A stretch of DNA of 63,414 nt, filler included, from Chiloscyllium plagiosum (taxonomy: Eukaryota), in NCBI RefSeq assembly GCF_004010195.1. It is 5 parts of one record of this genome, joined end to end, with 100 filler letters (N's around TTAATTAATTAA, not from the genome) between each part and the next. Parts side by side here need not be neighbours in the genome. Positions count along the whole stretch, not along the records: positions 41,257 to 55,451 come from NC_057714.1; positions 55,552 to 60,846 come from NC_057714.1; positions 60,947 to 63,414 come from NC_057714.1; 2 more parts are not named here. One strand, written 5' to 3'. This document shows, piece after piece, positions 53,441 to 63,414 of this stretch. Made by a program: the position numbers and the translations under genes. The notes beneath the pieces are model-generated. The model was given only the letters and a program-made list of their open reading frames with translations, was not told the DNA's origin and ran no database searches. Within the stretch, counting starts at the first letter, position 1. Each line of letters opens with the position of its first letter.

Positions 53441-54999
53441 ATGTGGACAAAATTGGCTGTCACATTTCCTGCATTATATCAGTGGCCAACATTCTATCTA
53501 ACCTTTACAGCCTTGCCAACATGCAGCTCCTGGGAGTTTCCATGTATTGCTGATGAATTGGTCTGCTTCTGGAAGCCACTATCACACAAGGGCTTGGAGA
53601 TCTGTGCAGCAGACAAAAAATTAAAGGGATGTTGATTGTGACTACACTTCAAAAGTACTTCAAACAGCTGTAAAACATTTAAGATGACCCATGGTCACAA
53701 AAAGTGCCAAAGTTACAGTTCACTTCGGGCATCAAAAACACTTGGGCTGGCCCTGCAGACAAGAGCATACTAGACTTGATCAATGTTGGCAACTTACACA
53801 GTCATTGGGCAACCTAGTTTATATATATAATACTAACCTTTCACTTTTTAAATACACAATTGTTCTTGTATTTATTCTTGATCCTAGCAGCCCATGTTGC
53901 AGTGGGAGCCACTCCTTCATTGAACCACTCCTTCATTGAGATTTCATGTTTTTCCTTCCTGTCGTATTTCAAGGAATGCCCATGTGGGACGGTCTTGCCC
54001 AAGTTGAAATATTTGCTTCTCACTCGCAATCAATTTTAATGAATCGTTTTAATGAATGCGTAAAAGCTGCATAAACTGAAATAAGTATATGTATAAATGT
54101 CAACCTTATGTGGAATGCATTTTAAGTGACAGCCAAAATAAGATGTATTCTACACATTGCAGCAAGTAAAAATTGAGGATGTGTTGACATGTCTTCGCAT
54201 TCACAAGTTCTTCACAGTGACTTCCTGATTTCCATGATGGTTTTTCTTACTAGGAGCAACAGGAAAGTTATCATATTCAGTGAATCCAGTGCTTCTTCAC
54301 AAGAATTGAGCTCTTGAGATATAGTACAGCTGAGTATGCCTGAGGGTCCTTGGAATGGGCTGGCTTTGGGCCTCTGCCTGCATTGCCTTCAGTTAAGCCT
54401 GCTTCTGGTTGCTGCATGGATCAGTCCTGTGTGAACTCCAGTTCCCCATAGAAGTCATTGGAGGGAGTTGGTGGCAGGGAGGAGTTCAGATTGGTAGGGT
54501 TATTTGGCACTGAAGGAGACAGAAATATAAGCTGTCAGCTTTGGCCTGTCATTGCTGTCGATATTTAAGCCACTTACACTAAATTAGCTTTGGCAGAGAT
54601 GTTTGTGAAATTCCTTTTTAACCATGATAACCAGCTATCCCCTCTAAGTAAAAGGTACCTATGCACCAGAGAGTCTGTGTGACAGCAGTCCAAACCGTCA
54701 GGAGAAATGCTAAGATTAGGAATGAGCTACTTCTCATTCCAAGGTTGACTGCATACTTTCCATGTTATGTAACAGGATCGTCTGCTCACCGATTGTGCAG
54801 TGCTCTATTTTTCTCATCATGTGAAGAAAAGCCCCACAATTTCAACAATTTCTCATTTTGGAAAGAATCTGTATCCTTGCCAATTGTGACCAGCTGCCTC
54901 CATCTCTAACTGCTTTACTTTAACCTTATTGTCTCTGGATCACCCAGTTTTGTTCAAAATATGGTCGCTTAAATCAACCAGTCTGTGAACAACGTGCAG

Positions 55000-55451
55000 C
55001 CCTCCAATCCCTCTGCTCCAATCCCACCCTCACCCATTAAGCCAGCAGATAAAGGGGGCGCAGTGGTAGTCTGGCGCACTGACCTCTACACCGCTGAAGC
55101 CAAATGCCAACTCGAGGACACCTCTTCCTACCGCCCCCTCGACCATGACCCCACCTCCCCATCACCAAATCATCATCTCCCAGACCGTACAGAACCCCAT
55201 CACCTCAGGAGATCTCCCACCCACAGCTTCCAACCTCATAGTCCGGGAACCCCGCACTGCCCGTTTCTACCTCCTTGCCAAGATCCACAAGCCTGACCAC
55301 CCTGGCCGACCCATTGTCTCAGCAGGCTCCTGCCCCACTGAACTCACATCTACCTACCTCAACACTCTCCTATCCCCCCAGTCCAAGAACTCCCCACATA
55401 TGTTCGAGACACCACCCACACCCTCCACCTCCTCCAAGACTTCCGTTTCCC
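55000..55451 (+). mobile_element. Penelope-like element RT fragment
   Basis: IKPADKGGAVVV, FYLL.KIHKP..PGRPIVS motifs. Confidence 0.9.
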
Positions 55452-55551
55452 NNNNNNNNNNNNNNNNNNNNNNNNNNNNNNNNNNNNNNNNNNNNTTAAT
55501 TAATTAANNNNNNNNNNNNNNNNNNNNNNNNNNNNNNNNNNNNNNNNNNNN

Positions 55552-55695
55552 GGGAGGAAACCGGAGCACCCGGAGGAAACCCACGCAGACACGGGGAGAA
55601 CGTGCAAACTCCACACAGTCAGTCGCCTGAGGCGGGAATTGAACCCGGGTCTCTGGCGCTGTGAGGCAGCAGTGCTAACCACTGTGCCAACCACA
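55552..55695 (-). mobile_element. HE1/V-SINE 5' half at contig edge
   Basis: Family consensus match. Confidence 0.9.
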
Positions 55696-57370
55696 CGGAT
55701 GTATCCTGAATATTTGATAGAATGTGTGCAGTCTGCTATTTCTGAAACTGAATATTTGTTTCATCATCAAAATTGTGTAATTTTTATATGCGTTCACATG
55801 GAGCCTTTTAAAATATTTTCTTACTGGTTACAATTATTTTCAGGAATTTCTTCTTGATTTGGAAATAAAAATCAAAACTTCAGCTATTTGCTATCCCTGA
55901 AGATGTAACACCCTGCACTCAACACTGTGTCAAGCCCATGGCTGCCACGGGACACATCACTTTTATAATGAGGCCTTTTGTGGAAGTGAACCATACAGAA
56001 GGTGAAGTAAGTCAATGAGGCTTCCAATACTCTGCTTCACTCCATTGGCAGGATTGTGATATCTGCAAATGTCTGTGACCCTCACTTAGTTGGAGGATCA
56101 GTATTCGTGGTGGGACCACTTATTTTGAATGCATCGTTGACCTGTATTTTTATTAATTCAGCCCATTTAGTCCCACTTCATGAGCAGAACTAATGTTACC
56201 AATAGGGTCAAAATTGGTCCAGGCTATGACCCATTCCTACACCCTTGTGGTCCAATTGCACTCACAGCTGTATGAATCATCATGTGAATTGTACAACATT
56301 GATGGTGGAAATTAATGGTTAGTTTCATAAATAATCCACTGGAAACATCCATCATCGTTCTATCTACTCACAAGCTATAACTCAGGCCAACATTTATGTT
56401 AGAACAAACTAAGGTGGGTTCTATTCAGCCACACATACTAGATCACACAGGCACTGCACTATTAAAAAAGTTACATAATTTCACAAAGTGTACTATTCTG
56501 GTGTAAAGGTACGTTTCTCACTTTTGGTCATTCTCTCTGTAACAGTCAGTGCAGTTAATCTGCTATGTGTGTGTCATGTATTATAGCATTAGTAAACTCA
56601 GACTGTAGACTATTTGTAATATCATAGCCTTGTAAACATTGTTTATAAATCAACTTTAGATATTTAACTCAAGAAGAATCTAACTATCTGTGGACTATGT
56701 TATAGTAAACCTCCAACTTGCATCACTGTGGCAATTTTGTGCTCACACAAAAAGTTGGTGCCAGTAGTTGGACTCTAAAACTAGTTGGTGGCAGTACCCA
56801 GACACTAAACACTGAAAAGGTAACAGCAATGTGATGATTGTCAGCAGTCACACATCAATCTCTGAGTTCTGAGCTGATATTCTAACTGAATGCAACCTAA
56901 AAAATACTACAGTGAAACCTAAATGGTACAATCCTGTACTGAAACATGTTTGTTTCTCTATAAGCAGAAACATGAACAACTACAACTGATCTGATTTAGC
57001 AAAGAAACTTTTTTGTCCTTCTTTCAATAAAGGACAAATTCAAAATGATGCTACAAGAAAATGCAGTGTCAAACACTTTTAAAAATTTCTGCATTAAAAA
57101 GGATTATCTATGTCCAGACATCAAACAAATCTGCCATTTCCTGTTCCAAATTGGTGTGAAAATAAAAAAAAGAGGCTGTGAAATGTCTTCACTCCTTTTT
57201 TTTGACATTATTGCCATCTATTGACAAAAGCCTGCTGCTAAAAGTCTGCAACTGTTAAAGGGGCATCAATATGTAATTAAAACAAAATATAAGAAAAATC
57301 AATCTATATCAGACAAAGACTACATTTCAATTCTGATTCTTAAACTGAATATTAAAACAAAGATAGAAAA

Positions 57371-57500
57371 CCTGAAGAAGGGCTTATGCCCGAAACGTCG
57401 ATTCTCCTTCTCCTTTGATGCTGCCTGACCTGCTGCACTTTTCCAGCAACACATTCTTAAGCTCTGATCTCCAGCATCTGCAGTCCTCACTTTCTCCATA
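57371..57500 (+). mobile_element. Penelope-like terminal fragment with hammerhead core
   Basis: CTGAAGA-a-GGGC-ttat-GCCC-GAAAC-GTC; same family as 25721-25893. Confidence 0.7.
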
Positions 57501-57689
57501 GAAACCAAACAGCCAATCACACATTGCCATAACTTTGACATTATGTCTAAACTTTAGTTATTCAAAGAAAAGTTTAACCATTATTTCCTTTATCAGCAGA
57601 TAACTGACCAAAACTAAATAACAAACTTTTCTTTTATCACTTTGGACACTGAAGACTTAAGAAAAATCACATTCTCCAGTATTTCTGAT

Positions 57690-58290
57690 GATGACTACAG
57701 AGATCCCAACAAGATTTTTTCAGTCCCTCAACATACAGAATACACAGTCCAGAGATCAGATTATAGCAGCAGTTGAAGTAATTGACCAATGCATAGGCAG
57801 ATATCAATGGCAAGGTACAGAAAGTGATTTCAACAAAGTTAACATAGCGGAAAGGCTTATGAAACTAGCCATTGCATTTACATCTTTAAGTCTTTCCATG
57901 AGACACCCTGGACTAATATAAGAAATATCCTATTGATACACTGCTAGACCAAAGACACAAGTTCGAAGAAATTGTAGTAGACCAGCCACAACTGCAAATG
58001 TTTGGCTCTGGCACAATTTATTTTCAACAGATTCAGCGAAAAATCCAAAACTTTCATGAGATGCAGCTTGTCTCACCCACCAAGACAGTGTCCAGTGACA
58101 TATGCAGGCTATGGTCAACAAGAGAATGTTAGACTAAAATGTAAAGGAAGTCTACTTGCCCAGAGAAGCCTGAAGTTCAGCACAATGTCTCAACAGCAGC
58201 ATGTGAGGAAGAGCCAAAGAAGGAACAATGTCAGGGATGCTTCCAAAGTTCCATCCTTGCATGAAAGCATGTCAACAAAATCCAAGAGGT
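57690..58290 (+). mobile_element. Possible decayed Gypsy gag remnant
   Basis: RCSLSHPPRQCP..YG...C resembles gag Cys/His knuckles; multiple stops. Confidence 0.3.
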
Positions 58291-58869
58291 GAAAACAATA
58301 TCTTTAAATACTTTTAAAGCAGAGGAGGAGAGACTACACTTTAAGCAAAAGGGTGAAAGATTGTCGGAAGTAATGTAACTATAGATGTAACGTTACATTC
58401 AGATCGTCTCTAATGGTATTTAATGGGACAGCATGCTTGATGGGCTGAATGGTCGACTCCTGCTCCTTGTTCTTAGGTTTGTAACCACAATGTTACAGCT
58501 TGCAGGACTCGGTCAGACAGTATATATTGTCAACCTGACAAACCAGATGGATTCCGACAAACCTGAAACTTTTACTTCCATCAAGCGGTATATCCCAAAA
58601 GGTAAGAACAACATGCACTGGAGCAAATGCAATTGTTATCGCTTTGTGGATCTCAACAATATGTACTCCCAATCCAGCCACAATATGGTGTTGGCATAAG
58701 CTAATTGCTTAAAATGGATCCAAATTCCCATGCATTATCATTATCCATCTAAAGTGCCAACATTGATCCTTAGGATGGCCACCTAAACTTTTACACCATT
58801 GAAATTGATAGCCCTCCTACTATTGGTTTACCACTATGCACAGATCTAAATATTACAATCTGCTAGGTA

Positions 58870-60240
58870 ACAGATCCATCAGTTATAACATCCAAATCAA
58901 GGACAGGCACCTCAGTGCCTCAATCCACTGCAAATCCATGGATAGCCTCACAATGCTGTACTTCTCTAGCTTGCACTCTAAACATGTTAATACAGCTACC
59001 CCCTACAGACAAGCCCTACCAATAGACAGGATCCGTTCAGATGAGGAGAAATGCAATGGACACCTGAAGGTACTGAAGGATGCCCTCTTAAGAACAGGAT
59101 ACGATGTTCAACTCATCGATTGCCAGTTCCAAAGTGCCACAGTGAGAAATGGTAATGACCTCCTCAGGATTGGATACCCTTCGTTGTCCAGTACTTCCCA
59201 GGAGCAGAAACACTACACCATGTTCTTCGCAGCCTGCAACACGTTATTGATGAGGATGAGCACCTCGTCAAGACCTTCCTTATGTGCACCCACGTCTTGT
59301 CTTTAAACAATCACCAAATCTTAAACAGACCATTGCTCACATCAAACTGCCCAGCCTTCAGGTCAACATCGACCACACCACCGTACAACCCTGTCATGGC
59401 AACCACTACAAGACGTGTCAGAGTGTGGACATGGATACTCATGTGACTCAGCCAATGTTGGCTATCTTATACATTGCAGGCAAGGATGCCCGGAGGCATG
59501 GTACATTGGGGACACCAAGGAGACATTGTGACCACGGATGATTGTTGTATGGTGTCCAGTCACCAGACAGGGATGTTTCAATCCAATTGGGGAACAATTC
59601 AGCAGTCAGCAACATTTGGCCTCAAATCTTCAGGTGACCATCCTCCAAGGCAGACTTCAGGATACACAACAATGCAGAGTGGCCAAGCAGAGGCTGATAG
59701 CCAAGTTCGTTACCCATAAGGATGGCCTCAACTGGGACCTTGGGTTCATGTCACACTACAGGTGACCCCACTACACAATGCACACTCTCACTCACACACA
59801 TGCGCACACACACTCACACACTCTTACATGTTCACACATTCACACAGATCCTCTCTCATACACACGCTGTCTCTCAGACACACACACTCCATAAAGTCTT
59901 ACTCATGCACACATCCTCTCACAGGCTTGTAATCCATCACACACACACACTCTACCAATCTCTCTCTCTCTCTCGCTCTCTCTCTCTGACATGCACGCGC
60001 CCACACCCACAAGCCTATGGGGTGAATTTGCATTTGCAGAATTGTATTTAGATTCTATTTTGTTCACAAAAGCACACAATCTGCAGGCAGACAATCCACG
60101 CAACATTTTCTAAATTCCTACTTTGGAAATAGAACCAGTCTGACTCAAGATTGGAATACAGACAGACTCTAACCTCACACATTTAATGCATTGTCTGAGC
60201 TGAGATGTCATGTTTCTTTTTAAAACCTCAAGTTATCTTG
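58870..60240 (+). mobile_element. Penelope-like element 3' part (RT thumb + GIY-YIG remnant, CA-rich tail)
   Basis: PY.QAL.I.RI.SDEE, FKQ.PNLKQ, C...C..C, RLI.KF.T..DGLN.D.GF motifs; frameshifted. Confidence 0.85.
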
Positions 60241-60242
60241 AG

Positions 60243-60846
60243 TCGTAGAAATGTACAGCATGGAAACAGACCTCCTTTGGTCCAACTTGTCCAGGCCGAC
60301 CAGATATCCCAACCCAATCTAGTCCCACCTGCCAGCACCCGGCCCATATCCCTCCAAATCCTTCCTATTCATATAGCCATCCAGGTACCTTTGAAAAGTT
60401 GCAATTGTACTAGCCTCCACCACTTCCTCTGGCAGCTCATTCCATACACGTGCCACCCTCTGCATGGAAAAGGTACCCCTAGGTCTCTTTCATATCTTTC
60501 CCCTCTCACACAAAACGTATGCCCTCGAGTTCTGGACTCCCCCACTCCAGGGAAAAGACTTTGTCTATTTATCCTATCCATTCCCCTCATGATTTTATAA
60601 ACTTCTATAAGGTCACCCCTCAGCCTCTGACCCTCGAGGGAAAACAGCCCCAATCTGTTCAGCCTCTGCCTATAGCTCAAAACCTCCAACCTTGGCAACA
60701 TCCTTGTAAATCTTTTCTGAACCCTTTCAGGTTTCACAACATCTTTCCAATAGGAAGGAGACCAGAATTGCATGCAATATTCCAACAGTGGCCTAACCAA
60801 TGTCCTGTACAGCCGCAACATGACCTCCCAACTCCTGTACTCAATA
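60243..60846 (-). mobile_element. CR1/HER1 3' fragment
   Basis: ORF 60369-60821 LYRTLVRPLLEYC... Confidence 0.92.
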
Positions 60847-60946
60847 NNNNNNNNNNNNNNNNNNNNNNNNNNNNNNNNNNNNNNNNNNNNTTAATTAATT
60901 AANNNNNNNNNNNNNNNNNNNNNNNNNNNNNNNNNNNNNNNNNNNN

Positions 60947-63414
60947 AACCCCAGTCCTGGTGCAGTGTGTGGGGAAACCCCATCCTGGTGCAGTGTGTGG
61001 GGAAACCCCAGTCCTGGTATAGTGTGTGGGTGAACCCCAGTTTTGGTGCAGTGTGTGGGTGAACCCCAGTCCTGGCACAGTGTGAGGGTGAAGCCCAGTC
61101 CTGGTGCAGTGTGTGGGGTAACCCCAGTCCTGGTAGAGTACGTGGGGTAACTCCAGTCCTAGTGCAGTGCGCGGCGTAACCCCAATCTTGGTACAGTGTG
61201 TGGGGTAAACCCAGTCCTGGTACAGTGTGTGGGGAAACCCCAGTCCTGGTCCAGCGTGTGGGGTAACCTCAGTCCTGGTACAGTGTGTGGAGAAACCCCA
61301 GTCCTGGTAAAGTGTGTGTGGAGTAAACCCAGTCCCCAGTCCTGGTAAAGTGTGTGTGGAGTAAACCCAGTCCTGGTGCAGTGTGTGGGGTAACCCCAGT
61401 CCTGGTGCGGTGTGTGGGGTAAACCCAGTCCTGGTACAGTGTGTGGGGTAACCCCAGTCCTGGTACAGTGTATGTGGAAACCCCAGTCCTGGTGCAGTGT
61501 GTGGGGAATCCCCAGTCCTGGTACAGTGCATGTGGAAACCCCAGTCCTGGTACAGTGTATGTGGAAACCCCAGTCCTGGTGCAGTGTGTGGGGAAACCCT
61601 AGTCCTGGTACAGTGTGTGGGGAAACCCCAGTCCTGGTGCAGTGTGTGGGGTAACCCCAGTCATGGTGCAGTGTGTGGGGTAAACCCAGTCCTGGTGCAG
61701 TGCGTGGGGTAAATCCAGTCCTGGTGAGGCATGTGGGACAACCCCAGTCCTGGTACAGTGTGTGGGGTAAACCCAGTCCTGGTGCAGTGCATGGGTAAAC
61801 CCAGTCCTGGTGCAGTGTGTGGAGTAACCCCAGTCCTGGTACAGTGTGTGGGGTAAACCCAGTCCTGGTGCAGTGTGTGGGGAAAACCCAATCCTGGTGC
61901 AGTGCGTGGGGTAACCCCAATCCTGGTACAGCATGTGGGGTAAACCCAGTCCTGGTACATTGTGTGGGGTAAACCCAGTCCTGGTGCAATGCGTGGGGTA
62001 AACCCCTTCCTGGTACAGCATGTGGGGTAACCCCAGTCCTTGAGCAGTGTGTTGGGAAACCCCAGTCCTGGTACAGTGCGTGGGGTAACTCCAGTCCTGG
62101 TGCAGTGCGTGGGGTAACCCCAATCTTGGTACAGTGTGTGGGGTAAACCCAGTCCTGGTGCAGTGTGTGGGGTTACCGCAATCCTGGTGCAGCGTGTGGG
62201 GTAACCCCAGTCCTGGTACAGTATGTGGGGTAACCCCCATCCTGGTGCGGTGTGTGGGGTCACCCCAGTCTTGGTGAGGCATGTGGGGTAACCCCAATCC
62301 TGGTGGACTGTGTGGGGTAACCCCAGTCCTGGTGCAGCATGTGGGGTAACCCCAGTCCTGGTACAGTGTGGGGTAACCCCAGTCCTGGTGCAGTGTGTGG
62401 GGTAACCCCAGTCCTGGTGTAGTGTGTGGGGTAACCCCAGTCCTGGTGCAGCGTGTGGGGTAACCCCAGTCCTGGTGCAGTGTGTGAGGTAACCCCAGTC
62501 CTGGTTCAGTGTGTGGGGGAAACCCCAGTCCTGGTGCTGTGTGTAGGAGAACTCCAGTCCTGATGCAGTGTGTGGGGTAAACTCCAGTTCAGGTACAGTG
62601 TGTGGGGTAACCCCAGTCCTGATACAGTGTGTGGGTGAACCCAGTCCTGGTGCAGTCTGTGGGGAAACCCAGTCCTGGTGCAGTGTGTGGGGAAACCCCA
62701 GTCCTGGTACAGTGTGTGTGGGAAACCCCAGTCCTGGTACAGGTGTGTGGGGAAACCCCAGTCCTTGTGCAGCGTGTAGGGAAACCTCAGTCCTGGTACA
62801 TTGCATGGGGGAAAATCAAGTCCTGGTGCAGTGTGTGGGGTAACCCCAGTCCTGGTACGGTGTGTGGGGTAAACCCAGTCCTGGTACTGTGTGTGGGTGA
62901 ACCCCAGTCCTGGTGCAGTGCGTGGGGTAACCCCAGTCCTGGTGCAGTGCGTGGGGTAACCCCAGTCCTGGTACAGTGTGTGTGGGAAACCCCAGTCCTG
63001 GTGCAGTGCGTGGGGTAACCCCAGTCCTGGTACAGTGTGTGTGGGAAACCCCAGTCCTGGTACAGTGTGTGGGGAGACGCCAGTCCTGGTACAGTGTGTG
63101 GGGAAACCCCAGTCCTGGTGCAGCGTGTGGGGAAACCTCAGTCCTTGTGCAGTGTGTAGGGAAACCTCAGTCCTGGTACATTGCATGGGGGAAAATCCAG
63201 TTCTGGTGCAGTGTGTGGGGTAACCCCAGTCCTGGTACAGTGTGTGGGGAAACCCCAGTCCTGGTATAGTGTGTGGGTGAACCCCAGTTTTGGTGCAGTG
63301 TGTGGGTGAACCCCAGTCCTGGCACAGTGTGAGGGGTAACCCCAGTCCTGGTGCAGTGCGTGGGGTAACCCCAGTCCTGGTACAGTGTGTGGGGAAACCC
63401 CAGTCCTGGTGCAG
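60947..63414 (+). repeat. ~30-bp G-rich satellite (accccagtcctggtgcagtgtgtggggtaa)n
   Basis: About 80 tandem units of ~29-32 bp fill the whole last contig. Confidence 0.97.

Noticed and set aside
60899..63269. Long ORFs (210-381 aa) or a CRISPR-like array
   Set aside because: Translations of a 30-bp satellite; no unique spacers, eukaryotic context.

Overview
Eukaryotic genomic DNA, almost certainly an elasmobranch (shark): it carries abundant CR1/HER1-type LINE fragments, HE1/V-SINEs and Penelope-like elements. Four artificial 100-nt spacers (44 N + TTAATTAATTAA + 44 N) split the window into five assembly pieces. Two host genes are visible, both on the minus strand. (1) A neuropeptide Y (NPY) gene has its promoter, non-coding exon 1 (~16157-16258), exon 2 (15298-15476) and a canonical 81-bp exon 3 (1669-1749). 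Its mature peptide is unusually divergent (YPPKPIDPGEGASAEDLAKYFAALKHYYNALTRQRY). A second, proximal candidate exon 3 would end the peptide in RQSF-G-R. (2) Four exons (90/72/162/170 bp) encode a divergent MGAT5-type GlcNAc-transferase upstream of NPY, possibly the full-length counterpart of the truncated mammalian CCDC126. Also present are minimal hammerhead ribozyme motifs in Penelope palindromes (one intact, sense to the NPY pre-mRNA), a ~3.3-kb intronic tandem duplication, Tx1, Harbinger and LTR relics, and several minisatellites. Nearly all ORFs in the supplied track derive from repeats. All homolog comparisons are by eye against recalled sequences, not database searches.
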